Under the pieces are notes generated by a model that searched no databases, had not been told where the DNA came from, and was given only the letters and a program-made list of their open reading frames with translations. From contig CAWETW010000001.1 in assembly GCA_963812155.1 (NCBI GenBank), positions 608,001 through 672,000 of the forward strand: DNA of 64,000 nt. The letters are read 5' to 3'. The position numbers were made by a program, and so were the translations under genes. Shown one piece after another: positions 39,544 through 50,522 of the stretch. The DNA comes from Vulcanimicrobiota bacterium. Lineage in GTDB: Bacteria > Vulcanimicrobiota > Vulcanimicrobiia > Vulcanimicrobiales > Vulcanimicrobiaceae. Each line of letters opens with the position of its first letter. Position 1 is the first letter of the stretch.

Positions 39544-41093
39544 AGACGACGCGCGAGAAGTACGACGAGCTCGCCCGAAAACGCCGCCAGGCGGAGACGC
39601 CCGGTGGCAGCGAGGCTGCCGAAAAGCAGCACGCGCGCGGTAAGCGCACCGCCGCCGAACGCGTCACGGCGCTCGTCGATTCCGGCTCCTTCACCGAGTT
39701 CGACCGCTTCGTCGTGCACCGCACCAACGCGTTCGGGCTCGACGAAAAAGAGTTTCTCGGCGACGGCGTCGTGACGGGACGCGCCACCATCGACGGCCGC
39801 CAAGTCTTCCTCTTCTCTCAAGATTTTACGGTTCTCGGCGGCTCGCTGGGCGAAGCGTACGCCGAAAAAATCTGCAAGGTGATGGATCTCGCGGTGCGCA
39901 CCGGCGCGCCGATCGTCGGCATCAACGATTCGGGCGGCGCACGCATTCAGGAAGGCGTCGTTTCGCTCGGCGGCTATGCCGAAATCTTTTGGCGCAACGT
40001 GGCCGCCAGCGGCGTCGTTCCGCAAATTAGTCTGATCGCCGGACCGTGCGCCGGCGGCGCGGTCTACTCGCCCGCAATCACCGATTTCATCCTCATGACC
40101 GAACGGATCTCGCAGATGTTCATCACCGGCCCCGAAATCATCAAGACGGTCACCGGCGAGGACGTGACGTTTGAAGAACTCGGGGGCGCCACGACGCACG
40201 CAACGCGCAGCGGCGTCGCGCATCTGGTCGCATCCGACGAAGACGAACTCAACGCGTTGACGCGTTCGCTGCTGTCGTATCTTCCGCAGAACAATCTCGA
40301 GGATCCGCCGCGCTTCGCCTGCGACGACGATCCGCATCGTAAGGTCGACGCGCTCGACGACGTCGTTCCCGAGGCGGCCAACAAACCGTACGACATGCGC
40401 GATGTCGTCACGGCCGTGCTCGATTACGAGGACTTCTTCGAAATCCAGCCGGCGTATGCGCGCAACGTGCTCTGCGGATTCGGCCGCGTCGCGGGACGCA
40501 CCGTCGGCATCGTGGCCAACCAGCCGAACGTGCTCGCGGGCGTGCTCGACATCCGCTCGTCGGTCAAGGCGGCGCGCTTCGTGCGCTTTTGCGACGCCTT
40601 CAACATTCCGCTCGTGACGTTCGTCGACGTTCCCGGGTTCTTGCCGGGAACCGATCAAGAGTACGGCGGCATCATTCTTCATGGTGCGAAACTGCTCTAC
40701 GCGTTCGCGGAGGCAACCGTTCCGAAGATTACGATCATCACGCGCAAGGCATACGGCGGCGCCTACGACGTCATGGCGAGCAAACACATTCGCGCCGACG
40801 TCAATCTCGCGTGGCCGACCGCCGAGATTGCGGTGATGGGCGCTGAGAGCGCGGTCAAGACGATCTTCCGGCGCGAAATCGCGGCGGCGCCCGATCCGGC
40901 GGCGCGCATGGCGGAGATGGTCGAGGAGTATACCGAACGCTTCGCTAGCCCGTACATCGCGGCGCAGCGCGGCTACGTCGACGACGTCATTCCGGCGCAC
41001 CAGACGCGCGCTGCGATCGCCGATGCACTCGACATGCTCTCGACCAAACGGGTCGAGCGGCCGAAACGCAAGCACGGCAATATCCCTCTGTGA
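39540..41093 (+). CDS. pccB: Acyl(propionyl)-CoA carboxylase carboxyltransferase beta subunit
   Basis: [62 protein letters not shown]. Confidence 0.9.
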   Translation: MKTTREKYDELARKRRQAETPGGSEAAEKQHARGKRTAAERVTALVDSGSFTEFDRFVVHRTNAFGLDEKEFLGDGVVTGRATIDGRQVFLFSQDFTVLGGSLGEAYAEKICKVMDLAVRTGAPIVGINDSGGARIQEGVVSLGGYAEIFWRNVAASGVVPQISLIAGPCAGGAVYSPAITDFILMTERISQMFITGPEIIKTVTGEDVTFEELGGATTHATRSGVAHLVASDEDELNALTRSLLSYLPQNNLEDPPRFACDDDPHRKVDALDDVVPEAANKPYDMRDVVTAVLDYEDFFEIQPAYARNVLCGFGRVAGRTVGIVANQPNVLAGVLDIRSSVKAARFVRFCDAFNIPLVTFVDVPGFLPGTDQEYGGIILHGAKLLYAFAEATVPKITIITRKAYGGAYDVMASKHIRADVNLAWPTAEIAVMGAESAVKTIFRREIAAAPDPAARMAEMVEEYTERFASPYIAAQRGYVDDVIPAHQTRAAIADALDMLSTKRVERPKRKHGNIPL

Positions 41094-41797
41094 TGCGCAA
41101 GATTACTGCGGCCGCTGCGTTGGCTGCCGGGCTGCTCACGCCGGCCTTCGCGTCGGCCGCAAGCGATCCCGGACACATCGATGCGTACGTGACGCCATAC
41201 TACAACTCGGCGGGTCCGGCCGTTCGGGTCGGAACCTACAGCGCGGGGCTGGCTTCCAATAACCAGGCGACCGTCGTGGCGACGATTCTTCAGATGAAGC
41301 AGCACTGGAGCCGGCTAAATTTCCTCGAGCTCTACGTCGCCGCGATTCGTTTGTACGATCTCGGCTATCGCAACGAGGCAACCTACTGGTTTTACTCCGC
41401 ACAATACAAAGGACGGCAGTTTGCTCTGTTAGCCGACCCAAAGCGGTTGGGCAGCATCGGCAATCGCGCCTTCGAACTCTACCACGCGCAGGATGGGTTT
41501 CTTCAACTCGTCGGACCGTCCATCAACGGCTACGCGTTCGGCGACATAGACCCGCTGGTGCGCACCATCCGAAAGGTGCAGAGCGAAAATCATACCGTCC
41601 TGGATATGCCGGCGCTCTATCCGGGCGTCGCATTTATCCCAAAGGCGCAGTGGCAGCGCGCGAACGAAAAACTCAATGCCGGTTTAGGCGAACTCGCATC
41701 GTCACTCGCCGGCAGTAAAGCCGACATCGCGCGGGAGCGCGCGCAAAACGGAACCCAGGCGCGTTTGGCACACTTGACCAGCCGTCCTTTCCCGTGA
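41093..41797 (+). CDS. Exported hypothetical protein
   Basis: TGATG coupling; signal peptide; A.YWFY.AQ motif. Confidence 0.7.
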   Translation: MRKITAAAALAAGLLTPAFASAASDPGHIDAYVTPYYNSAGPAVRVGTYSAGLASNNQATVVATILQMKQHWSRLNFLELYVAAIRLYDLGYRNEATYWFYSAQYKGRQFALLADPKRLGSIGNRAFELYHAQDGFLQLVGPSINGYAFGDIDPLVRTIRKVQSENHTVLDMPALYPGVAFIPKAQWQRANEKLNAGLGELASSLAGSKADIARERAQNGTQARLAHLTSRPFP

Positions 41798-41798
41798 G

Positions 41799-43826
41799 GT
41801 GAACGTGTACATTCTCCGCCGCGTCGTCGCCGCATCAATCTGCGTTCTCCTCACGACCGGAATCACGGCGCGCGGGTTCACGCCTTCGCAGTTGGCCGGC
41901 GAGACGCGTTACGAGGGTATCGTTGCGGCGTCGCCGTCGGAGTCGCAAGCGCGGCGCGACGAAGTCGCGCTGGCGGGATACGTGCACCGCATGGGAACGC
42001 CCGGCGACCTGCGGACGGCGCAATACGTGCAGGCGGAACTGACGAAAGCCGGGTGGGATGCCAAGCTCGTCACCTATGACGTTCCCATCGCGTGGCCGAC
42101 GCAACATCGCTTGACGCTTCTGGGCGCGCATCCCCACGACATCAGTCTCTACGAGCCGGCGGTCGCGGGCGATCCCTACTCACACAATCACGCGGCGATC
42201 GGCATTCCGTATTCGGGTTACAGCAACGACGGCGACGTTACCGGGCCACTCGTGTACGCGAATCATGCCGTTGCGGACGACTTCGCGGCGTTGGCGCAGA
42301 AGCACGTCGACGTCCGCGGCGCAATCGTCGTTGCGCGCGGCGGCGGCGGCGCGCTCACCGCCAAAGCGTTTGAAGCGGCGAAGCACGGCGCGAAAGCGGT
42401 GCTGGTATTCAACGACCCGCTGACGAGCGGCTATTTTATGGGCGAAACCTATCCGCGCGGGGCGTGGCGACCGCTGGGCGCCGCGGTGCGCAACACGATG
42501 ACGTTCACGAACGATCCCGGAGACCCAACGGCGATCGGGATTCCCGTACCCGGCGCGCAGCACAAGGCGTTTTCATCAATCAAGCTGCCGTCAATTCCGG
42601 AATCGCCGATTACCGGTGCGGTGGCGCGCGAACTGCTTGCCGCAATGGGCGGCCCCGTCGGCGCGGCGGACTGGCATCCCGGATTTGCGTTTCCGCTGCA
42701 TCTCGGCGGCGACGTGCGCGCGCACTTCGTGCTGAAAACGCGGCGATTTTTGGGTCCGATTTGGGACGTCATCGGCACGATGCCGGGTGCGTCGACGAAC
42801 GGCCAAATGGTGGTGGTCGGCGGGCATCGCGACGCGTGGACGTACGGCGCGGTGGATCCGATTAGCGGGACGGTCGACCTATTGCAGCTTGCGCGCGCCT
42901 TCGGAAAACTCAAGGCGGCGGGATGGCAACCGCAGCGGACGATCGTCATCGGTTCCTGGGACGGCGAAGAGCTCAACCTGTTCGGCAGCGACGAGTGGGT
43001 CGAGCAGCATCAGGAGGCGCTTCGGTCCGGGTGCGTTGCATACGTGAATACCGACGAAGTCGCGTTTGGGCCAACGTTTTACGCTGCGGCGACGCCGGAT
43101 CTGGCGGCCATGCTGCGCGACACTTCCACCGCCGTTTCGGCGCCCGGTGGCCGCGATTTACTTTCGGAATATTGGCAGAAGCAGGATCCCAAGCGTGAGG
43201 TTTCGGCGATCGGCGGCGGCAGCGACCACGAGCCGTTCGTCTACCGCCAGAATATATCGGCCGCAGCCGGTGCCTTCGGCGGTCCCTTCGGAACGTATCA
43301 CTCCGCGTACGACGATCCGGCATCGCTTACCGTGTACGATCCGGGAATGCACGAAGCTGCGGCGGCGGCGCGCTTTACGTCGATCGTCGTCCTGCGCTTA
43401 GCGGATGCGACGTACCCGGATGTGCGATTGGCAACCCTTGCGACGGCGCTCCGTGAGCGCATTGCGGATTTCGCGAAGGCGAAAGGCGACGACACCCGTC
43501 GCGCGGCCGTCGTCGCTGCACTCGGACCCAGCGCCGACAGCTTCCTCGCGGCTGCGACTCAGCTCGATGCAGCGGCCGACGCCGCGATTCAACGCGGTGA
43601 TACCGAGGCGGCGTCTACGTTGTACGGCCGGTTGCGCGCGGCGGAAAACGCATTCTACCAGCCTTCCGTGCCGACGTGGAACCGCAGTTTGCTTTACGAT
43701 CTCCATGGCGACTCCGGCGTTTTGCCTTCGCTAGACGCAACGCTTCCCGCCGACGGCGGCAACGCCGCACTGTCCACGCTGCAAGATGCCTTCAAAGCCG
43801 CCACCGCCGCCGCCGTATCACGCTGA
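41799..43826 (+). CDS. M28 peptidase with PA domain (glutamate carboxypeptidase II-like)
   Basis: GGHRDAW..GAVDP.SG, SWDGEE, YVNTD, GGGSDH, YHS.YD. Confidence 0.88.
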   Translation: MNVYILRRVVAASICVLLTTGITARGFTPSQLAGETRYEGIVAASPSESQARRDEVALAGYVHRMGTPGDLRTAQYVQAELTKAGWDAKLVTYDVPIAWPTQHRLTLLGAHPHDISLYEPAVAGDPYSHNHAAIGIPYSGYSNDGDVTGPLVYANHAVADDFAALAQKHVDVRGAIVVARGGGGALTAKAFEAAKHGAKAVLVFNDPLTSGYFMGETYPRGAWRPLGAAVRNTMTFTNDPGDPTAIGIPVPGAQHKAFSSIKLPSIPESPITGAVARELLAAMGGPVGAADWHPGFAFPLHLGGDVRAHFVLKTRRFLGPIWDVIGTMPGASTNGQMVVVGGHRDAWTYGAVDPISGTVDLLQLARAFGKLKAAGWQPQRTIVIGSWDGEELNLFGSDEWVEQHQEALRSGCVAYVNTDEVAFGPTFYAAATPDLAAMLRDTSTAVSAPGGRDLLSEYWQKQDPKREVSAIGGGSDHEPFVYRQNISAAAGAFGGPFGTYHSAYDDPASLTVYDPGMHEAAAAARFTSIVVLRLADATYPDVRLATLATALRERIADFAKAKGDDTRRAAVVAALGPSADSFLAAATQLDAAADAAIQRGDTEAASTLYGRLRAAENAFYQPSVPTWNRSLLYDLHGDSGVLPSLDATLPADGGNAALSTLQDAFKAATAAAVSR

Positions 43827-44007
43827 GCGCAGCCGATCCGTGTCACGCTGAGCGAAGCAACTCCGTGTCACGCTGAGCGCAGCGAGCGGCGTCGAAGCGC
43901 CGGCACCCTGTGTCACGCTGAGCGAAGCAACTCCGTGTCACGCTGAGCGCAGCGAGCGCAGCGTGACTCATCCAGCGTGACACATTTTCTTTCGCTCAGC
44001 GTGACAC
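43815..44007 (-). repeat. Cluster of REP-like half elements (variant GCTCAGCGTGACAC)
   Basis: Five copies of (TG)TCACGCTGAGCG(A/C)AGC plus opposed CAGCGTGAC copies; between convergent genes. Confidence 0.85.
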
Positions 44008-44009
44008 GG

Positions 44010-46490
44010 TTACACATCCAGGGCGGTGGCGGCGGCGGAGTCTTCCGACCAATCGGCGCCGAGCGCCAGCGTAGCTTCGAAATCCTCGCCGAGAGCGTCG
44101 CGCAGGGCCGCCGTGATTCGATCGTACTCCTGGCGTTCCGTATATTCGCGATACGCCTCCAGTTTTGCGAGCCGCGCGTTCACGAAGCCGAGCAACATTG
44201 CGGCACGCTTGCGCGTATCGCTGGCGGTGCCTTGGTTGCCGGCGTTATCCGTATCGCGGGGATGCAATATGCCGATTGCCGCCAAATGCTGCAGCACGAA
44301 TGCCGTGAGCACCGTTTGCCGGACGTCGCGAACGGCGAGCAGCGCCTCCGCTCCGCAAGCGCGCGCATCGTCGAAACGGTCGAGGGCAATCAGATAGGCT
44401 GCCATGTTGCAAAGATCGTTTGCGGCGGAGCGGCGATTCTGCGTCGCGACGTGGCCGGTGTGAGCCTTCTCGGCCAGCGCAAGCGCCGCAGCGGCGTTTC
44501 CGGAGGCAAACTCAACCTCCGCGAGATTGCCCGCAATCGACGCAGCGGCTCGTTCGAGATTGAGCGTTTCGTAGAAAACGAGTGCCTCGGCGTACAACCG
44601 TCTCGCTCCCTCGACGTCGCCGCGTCGAGAATGCGCCGTTCCGAGGTCGCCGAGCACGAGCGCCTGCATGCGGCGATTGTTGAGGGAGCGCGAAATCGCA
44701 AGCGCCTCCTCTAGCAGCCTCTGCCCTTCTTCCGACCGGCCTAGTCCGCCGAGCGCATTTCCCGCGGCTTCCAGCGCACGCGCTCGCTGCAAGTCGTCGA
44801 GGCTCTCGACAAATTCCGAGGCCCGTTGTGCCGCCGACAGTGAAGCCTTGTATTCGCCGAGCGATCCGCACAACTCCGCATCGGCAACGTAGAGGCGTCC
44901 CTGCAAGCCAGGCGGCGTTTCGCCGCTCGTGCATTCGATCGCGAGGCGAACCCATCGCCGCCCTTCTACCGGCGCAATAGAGTACCAGACGCGAGCCAGC
45001 GCCGCAGCAAGCATCTGGCCGGAACGCACGTCGTGCCGATCGGCAAGAGCCCAGGTGAGCGCCGCGCGGAAGTTATCGATTTCCGCTTCGGCATCTCGAA
45101 ACCACGCCCGATCCGGCGCATCGTACCACTCCCGATCGAATCGCTCGGCCACGTGCAGAAACGCCAACGCGTGTTGCTCCGCGATAGTGTCTGCTTCGCC
45201 GTACTCGGCGAGTTTTTCGAGAGCGTACTGGCGCGTCGCTTCGAGAAGGTGATAGCGCGCATCGCCGCGTTCGAAATCGACGGCGACCAATGATTGCGCG
45301 ACGAGTGACGATAGCAACTCCAGCAAATCGCTGGGCGGAAGCCGTTCGTCGCAGCAGACGTCGCTGGCGGCTTCGAGCGAAAAGGCTCCGGCAAACGCGG
45401 CGAGCCGAGTAAAGAGCCGGCGCGCCTGCGCAGAGAGCAGGGCGAAGCTCCAGTCGATGACGGCGCGCATCGTGCGATGCCGCGGAACGGCTGCAGCGCC
45501 GTCACCGGAAAGGACTTCGAAGACGCTATCGAGGCGTTGGCAGATTTGATTCGGAGAAAGAACCGCCGTCCGTGCTGCAGCCAGTTCGATCGCCAACGGC
45601 AATCCGTTGAGCCGCCGGCAGATGTCAACGATCGGCTTTACGTTCTCACGCGCCAGCTCGGCCCTCGAATCGCTCGCCCTCATCCGGTCGACGAAAAGTT
45701 CAATCGCACCGTAACGAAGCGCATCTTCGGGCGCCGGCCTTCCGCCCTGCGGAACCGCAAGCGGCGGGATGCGATACGCGCGCTCGCCGCTCACGCTCAG
45801 CGGCACACGGCTGGTCGCCAACAGCGCAACGTTCGCACATTCGCGCATGAGCAAGCCGACGACCGTCCGCACTCCGGACACGACCTGCTCGCAGTTGTCG
45901 AACACGATCAGCGCTCGCCTCTGCGCGACGTAGGCAATTAGCGTTTCCAGCAGCGGACGATTCGGCGATTCTTGGACGCGAAGTGCGCTCGCTACGGCTT
46001 GCGGCACGAATGAAGGATCGGCAAGGGGCGACAAATCGACGAACCACACGCCGTCGGGGAAAGTGTTGAGCAGTGCGTTGCCAACGGCCACGGCGAGGCG
46101 CGTCTTCCCCGCGCCGCCGGTGCCGACGATCGTAACGAGCCGCTCGCGGGCAACGAGCGCGGCGACTTCTGTTACCGCTTCCGCGCGGCCGAAAAACGCG
46201 GTGAGTTGGCGGGGCAAGTTGTGCGCCGCCGGTGCGACGGATTCTTCGAAACGCGATTCGCGCGCGCGGTTGGCTGCCGACTCGAGCTCGGTGCGTGCTG
46301 CGCCGGTAAGGCTTAGTGCGTCGGCGATGCGTTCGAGGGTGTGGCGATATGGAACTTTGCGACTGCCGCGTTCCAATGCAGAAACGGCCTGTACGCTAAT
46401 CAGCGCGCGATCGGCGAGCATTTGCTGCGAAAGACCGGCCTGCATCCGAAGACGCTTTAGCAGGCCGGCTAGATCGGCGCCGCCACGCAC
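44010..46490 (-). CDS. XRE-HTH - NB-ARC-like ATPase - TPR regulator
   Basis: GLSQQMLA...SALERG; GTGGAGKT, FDNCE, LPLAIELAA; TPR-like tail; paralogous to 16869-19610. Confidence 0.9.
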   Translation of the reverse strand: MRGGADLAGLLKRLRMQAGLSQQMLADRALISVQAVSALERGSRKVPYRHTLERIADALSLTGAARTELESAANRARESRFEESVAPAAHNLPRQLTAFFGRAEAVTEVAALVARERLVTIVGTGGAGKTRLAVAVGNALLNTFPDGVWFVDLSPLADPSFVPQAVASALRVQESPNRPLLETLIAYVAQRRALIVFDNCEQVVSGVRTVVGLLMRECANVALLATSRVPLSVSGERAYRIPPLAVPQGGRPAPEDALRYGAIELFVDRMRASDSRAELARENVKPIVDICRRLNGLPLAIELAAARTAVLSPNQICQRLDSVFEVLSGDGAAAVPRHRTMRAVIDWSFALLSAQARRLFTRLAAFAGAFSLEAASDVCCDERLPPSDLLELLSSLVAQSLVAVDFERGDARYHLLEATRQYALEKLAEYGEADTIAEQHALAFLHVAERFDREWYDAPDRAWFRDAEAEIDNFRAALTWALADRHDVRSGQMLAAALARVWYSIAPVEGRRWVRLAIECTSGETPPGLQGRLYVADAELCGSLGEYKASLSAAQRASEFVESLDDLQRARALEAAGNALGGLGRSEEGQRLLEEALAISRSLNNRRMQALVLGDLGTAHSRRGDVEGARRLYAEALVFYETLNLERAAASIAGNLAEVEFASGNAAAALALAEKAHTGHVATQNRRSAANDLCNMAAYLIALDRFDDARACGAEALLAVRDVRQTVLTAFVLQHLAAIGILHPRDTDNAGNQGTASDTRKRAAMLLGFVNARLAKLEAYREYTERQEYDRITAALRDALGEDFEATLALGADWSEDSAAATALDV

Positions 46491-46529
46491 TACGAAACGA
46501 TCGTCAACCTTGTGGACGGTGCGATGCGG

Positions 46530-47495
46530 CTAGGCGCCGGGTGCGGGTGCGATTCCGTAGGGGTCGCCGTCGATCGACGTCGTCTGCGATTTAATTTCGC
46601 CCGTCTTGGGATTTACGGCGTCAATATAGCCCGCCGCATCGGCAATCCACAGATTCTTGTGCTTGGCATCGAAGTTGATATTCGTCGGCAAACCAAATCC
46701 GGTGGCAAAGAGTTTGCAGCGCGATGTCTGACGGCACTTATAAACCCCGTTGGCTTCGTCGACGTAATACAAGTCGCCGGCCGGGTCAAAGGCCATTCCG
46801 CCGGCATGCGCGATGCCCGACGCCACCAGCGTTCCGGTTCCACTGCATTGTTGGAACTCCACGATCGAGCCGAGCGCGCCCGGCTTGCTCGCGTCGTTGA
46901 AACTCCAGAAACAGTTGCCTTGCGGATCGATCGCGATTCCCTGCCCTTGCACCGCGCCGCTGCCGTAGGTGAGCACGCGCGACGGCGTCGACCCGCGATC
47001 GAGGTAGACGCTCACGCTACCCGTGCCGCTGGTCCCGCTCGTAGCGTTCGAAACGGCGACGAGGTTCCGGTCCGCGGTGACGGCGACGTCGACAGGCACT
47101 TCGCCACCGTCGTCGAGCGTTCGAACCGGTCCAATCGGGCCCTTGCGGGTGGAACGATAGACGAGCACGTCGGCGGCGCCCGCGTTGGCCAGATACCACC
47201 AGCCGGTCGGAGTGGCCACCGTCCCTTGCGGCGCCGCGATGCCGACGGACAGCGTCTGGACGGGCGTCAGGGTGAGACCCTTGCGTTTGTAGACGGTCGC
47301 GGTGTTTGCCAACGTCTGCGCCGAGTACACGTCGTCGTAACCGTAGAATTGTGCGTCGGGCGAGAGCGGCCCGAACACCGACGAGGGATTCGCCAGCCGT
47401 TGCGGCGGCGTCGCAGGCCCGCCCGAGCAACCGGCCAGCAAGGCAACCGCCGTCAGGATAGAGACCGTACGCCGAGTCTCAGCGTGTGGAAACAC
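46530..47495 (-). CDS. Beta-propeller (NHL-like) lipoprotein
   Basis: Lipobox LLAGC; P.DVAV, GIAIDPQGN, GMAFDPAGDL repeats. Confidence 0.75.
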   Translation of the reverse strand: MFPHAETRRTVSILTAVALLAGCSGGPATPPQRLANPSSVFGPLSPDAQFYGYDDVYSAQTLANTATVYKRKGLTLTPVQTLSVGIAAPQGTVATPTGWWYLANAGAADVLVYRSTRKGPIGPVRTLDDGGEVPVDVAVTADRNLVAVSNATSGTSGTGSVSVYLDRGSTPSRVLTYGSGAVQGQGIAIDPQGNCFWSFNDASKPGALGSIVEFQQCSGTGTLVASGIAHAGGMAFDPAGDLYYVDEANGVYKCRQTSRCKLFATGFGLPTNINFDAKHKNLWIADAAGYIDAVNPKTGEIKSQTTSIDGDPYGIAPAPGA

Positions 47496-47692
47496 AGCCC
47501 GGCAACCTTCAAGACGCCTGAAACGGCCCCTGCCCTCCTTCATAACACCAGGCAGAGCAACTGTAGCAGTAACTGTGTGGGCGAAATGAGGTTTCGAACG
47601 CCGTAAAACGGCTACGATTTTCGCGACCGGTGACGCGCGTAAGCGGGCTTCGCCGAGTCTGACTTGCTGCTACGAACGATAGGAGTCCACCA

Positions 47693-49576
47693 ATGAAGAA
47701 CTCTCCCGTTTGGGCCGCTCTGGCTCTCGGAGTCTCCATGGCGGCCTGCAGTGGAAACGGCGCGTCGCCCCTACCGTCGATGCCGGGTGTAAACGGCGGT
47801 GCCCCTGGACAGTCGCAAATCGAAAACGTCCCGCAAGGCTGGGCGGCTACGGCTACCCACGCTCTCCCCGACAAGAACTTCGCTCAGATTTCGAAACCGA
47901 ACGCCGTACCGGCTACGATGCCGCTGCACGTCGTCGTCGGTCTCGCCATGCGCGACCGCACCGGCGCACAGCAGTACTTGCGCACGCAATACGCTTCCGG
48001 CGGTGCGAACTTTCACCGCTGGCTGACCCCGCAGCAATTTACTGCGATGTTCAATCCCACGCACGCGCAAGCCGCGGCCGTGGCACAGTATCTCGAACGG
48101 CAGGGCTTCACCAAAGCGACGATCGAGCCGAACAACTTGATCGTCAGCGCGACCGGCACCGTCGCGCACGCCGAGGAGGCGTTCCACACGTCGATCCAAG
48201 GCGTCATGGCGAACGGGAAACTCGTGTACGGCAACGTCAAGCCGGCATTCGTTCCCGCCAAGCTCAAGGGCGTCGTCATGGCGGTCCTCGGGTTGTCGAA
48301 CGCGTACGAGATGCACGTTCATCTCAAGAAAACGCAATATCCACGCATGGCGCCGGCCTCTGGCACGCCTCCGCCGTGCTTGCAGGTCGTCAACGGGATC
48401 TGCATCGGTGGCGAATATGGGCCGCCGCAATACCAAGTGGCCTACGATGCTGCGTGTTTGGCCTGCAGCACCGGAAAAAAGACGGCGGTGGCGGTGATTG
48501 CCGAGGGTAACGTCAAGCAAGTCGTTAAGGATTTGCGCACGGCAGAAGCCTTTTGGGGACTGCCGAGAGTGAAGTATACGAAGGTGCAAGTCGGCACGCC
48601 GAGCGCCGATACGTCGGGCATCGACGAATGGGATCTCGATACGCAGATCTCCAGCGGTATCGCCGATAAACTCGAGGGGCTCTACGTCTACGACACGACG
48701 TCGCTCGGTGACTCGGACATTGCGCTTGCGTACAGCAAATGGGTCAACGACAATCTCACTCGCGCCGGCAACTCGTCGTTCGGCGAGGTCGAAAGCGTGG
48801 CGTTCGCAGACGGAGCCATGGCACTCGACGATCAGGAGTTCAATCAGGCAGCGTCTCAGGGCATGTCGATGTTCGCATCGACCGGCGACAACGGCACGGG
48901 GTGTCCGGTGCTGGCGGCGACCGGTGCGCCCAACAGCGGAGCGCCCGAAGTTTGCTATCCCGCATCGTCGCCGTACGTCGTTGCGGTCGGCGGCACGACG
49001 CTCGACACCAATGCGAACGGAAGCGAACCGGGCACGTACTACGGCGAGCACGTCTGGGTCGGAACCGGCGGCGGCTTCAGCGCCTTTGAATCGGCGCCGT
49101 ATTGGCAAGCGAACGGCATCTGCGGCACGTGCGGCCCGGCTGCCATCCGCGGCCTCGCCGACATCTCGATGTGCGCGGATAACAACGGCTGCCCGATGGA
49201 CGTCTTCGTCAACGGCGCACAGGAAGGCGTCGGCGGCACGAGCCTTTCGTCGCCGATGTCTATGGGAATCTGGGCGCGCCTGGAGACCCACTATCACAAC
49301 CGGTTAGGCTTCGCGGCGCCCATTTATTACGGCGTGTACGGCTACTACGAACCGTGCCCGCTGCAATCGACGGCGTGCACGCCGTCGGGTGAGCCCGGCG
49401 ACGATACGCCGGCGCTGGCGCCCGACACGACGGCTCCCATTGGCGGCTTCCACGACGTCCTTTACGGATCGAACGGAATCCCCAGTGCGGCAACGCCGGG
49501 ATGGGACGAACCCTCAGGTCTTGGTTCGGTGGACTACTACGTCATGCAGCAAGATCTCGCAAACTCGATCTTCTAA
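47693..49576 (+). CDS. S53 (sedolisin/kumamolisin) peptidase with pro-domain, lipoprotein
   Basis: SD AGGAG, MAAC; WLTPQQF pro-domain; EWDLD, STGDNG, GGTSLSSP, GWD.PSGLGS. Confidence 0.9.
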   Translation: MKNSPVWAALALGVSMAACSGNGASPLPSMPGVNGGAPGQSQIENVPQGWAATATHALPDKNFAQISKPNAVPATMPLHVVVGLAMRDRTGAQQYLRTQYASGGANFHRWLTPQQFTAMFNPTHAQAAAVAQYLERQGFTKATIEPNNLIVSATGTVAHAEEAFHTSIQGVMANGKLVYGNVKPAFVPAKLKGVVMAVLGLSNAYEMHVHLKKTQYPRMAPASGTPPPCLQVVNGICIGGEYGPPQYQVAYDAACLACSTGKKTAVAVIAEGNVKQVVKDLRTAEAFWGLPRVKYTKVQVGTPSADTSGIDEWDLDTQISSGIADKLEGLYVYDTTSLGDSDIALAYSKWVNDNLTRAGNSSFGEVESVAFADGAMALDDQEFNQAASQGMSMFASTGDNGTGCPVLAATGAPNSGAPEVCYPASSPYVVAVGGTTLDTNANGSEPGTYYGEHVWVGTGGGFSAFESAPYWQANGICGTCGPAAIRGLADISMCADNNGCPMDVFVNGAQEGVGGTSLSSPMSMGIWARLETHYHNRLGFAAPIYYGVYGYYEPCPLQSTACTPSGEPGDDTPALAPDTTAPIGGFHDVLYGSNGIPSAATPGWDEPSGLGSVDYYVMQQDLANSIF

Positions 49577-49597
49577 GACCGGCCACCGAGCACAAGA

Positions 49598-49633
49598 GAG
49601 GAGGCGGCATTTCGGTGCCGCCTCCTCGATTTT
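49598..49633 (+). terminator. Rho-independent terminator
   Basis: GAGGAGGCGGCAT-TTCG-GTGCCGCCTCCTC-GATTTT. Confidence 0.75.
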
Positions 49634-49752
49634 ACCACGGGACGGCACAACGCTAAAGGACGCGTGGAGTTCGTAGCGCACCTCCAATGGTGTGCACTGT
49701 GCGTTGCCGCCGTGCAACGCTCCTCGCTCCCGAAAGGAGTTCCATCGTAGCG

Positions 49753-50496
49753 ATGCAGACGCGTTCGGATTTCATTGCGAGCGGCACTCTCGCATTTCTT
49801 GCGCCCGCGGCCGGAGCAAGCCCCGCGCCTTCGGCATCGCCGGCGCGGCCGGCATCATCGTCGCCGTCACCTTCGCCGTCACCTTCGCCGGCGCCGTCGC
49901 TGCCGCCGCTGCACTTCGATCTCGTCGCCTTCGATACGGTGCTCAACGTTACAGCGCCGCACCGTCATCTCTTCGCTTCTACGAAGCTCGACGGCGGTGT
50001 GGTGCTGGGCGGCATGCGCAACACGCTCAACGCCTATCACGACATCGGAATATCGCTCTCCGACGTGCGTCCGGTTGCGGTGTTCTATCACGGGCTGTCC
50101 GTAACGCTCGGTTTTGACGATACCGCGTGGAACGAATATTTCGTCCCGGTCTTCGTCACGAAACGCAAATCGGTCGACGCTGACGTCGCCAAAGACTTCG
50201 ACAGCGTCTACGACGCAAAGAAGCGCGGTAACCCGTGTCTGCACAAGAAAGGCGGCCGCGAGGATATTTCCATCGAATCGCTGATCGCGGACGCCGGCGC
50301 GCACTTCTTCGTGTGCAATAACGCCGCCCAAGGCTTCGCGCGCTACATCGCCAAGCACCTCAACAAACCGGCGCCCGAAGTGTACGCCACTCTCGTAGCG
50401 CATCTGATCCCAAACGGCGCGCTCGTTCCCGCCGGCGTGTGGGCCGTCCATGCAATACAAGAGCGCCGATACACGCTGCTGCAATCGGCGCTCTAG
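49753..50496 (+). CDS. Exported hypothetical protein (possibly DsrE-like fold)
   Basis: Tat-like TRSDF leader, Pro/Ser linker, FFVCNNA, VPAGV.A....QE..Y. Confidence 0.6.
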   Translation: MQTRSDFIASGTLAFLAPAAGASPAPSASPARPASSSPSPSPSPSPAPSLPPLHFDLVAFDTVLNVTAPHRHLFASTKLDGGVVLGGMRNTLNAYHDIGISLSDVRPVAVFYHGLSVTLGFDDTAWNEYFVPVFVTKRKSVDADVAKDFDSVYDAKKRGNPCLHKKGGREDISIESLIADAGAHFFVCNNAAQGFARYIAKHLNKPAPEVYATLVAHLIPNGALVPAGVWAVHAIQERRYTLLQSAL

Positions 50497-50522
50497 GAGA
50501 AACCTCGTCTAAGGGCAAGGCG

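Noticed and set aside
38070..41093. 1007-aa ORF as an MFS-carboxylase fusion
   Set aside because: The N-terminal half is an off-frame read through the MFS gene; the carboxyltransferase starts at 39540.
43815..44007. Repeat cluster as a CRISPR array or IS ends
   Set aside because: Intervening sequences are short, irregular and themselves duplicated; no transposase.
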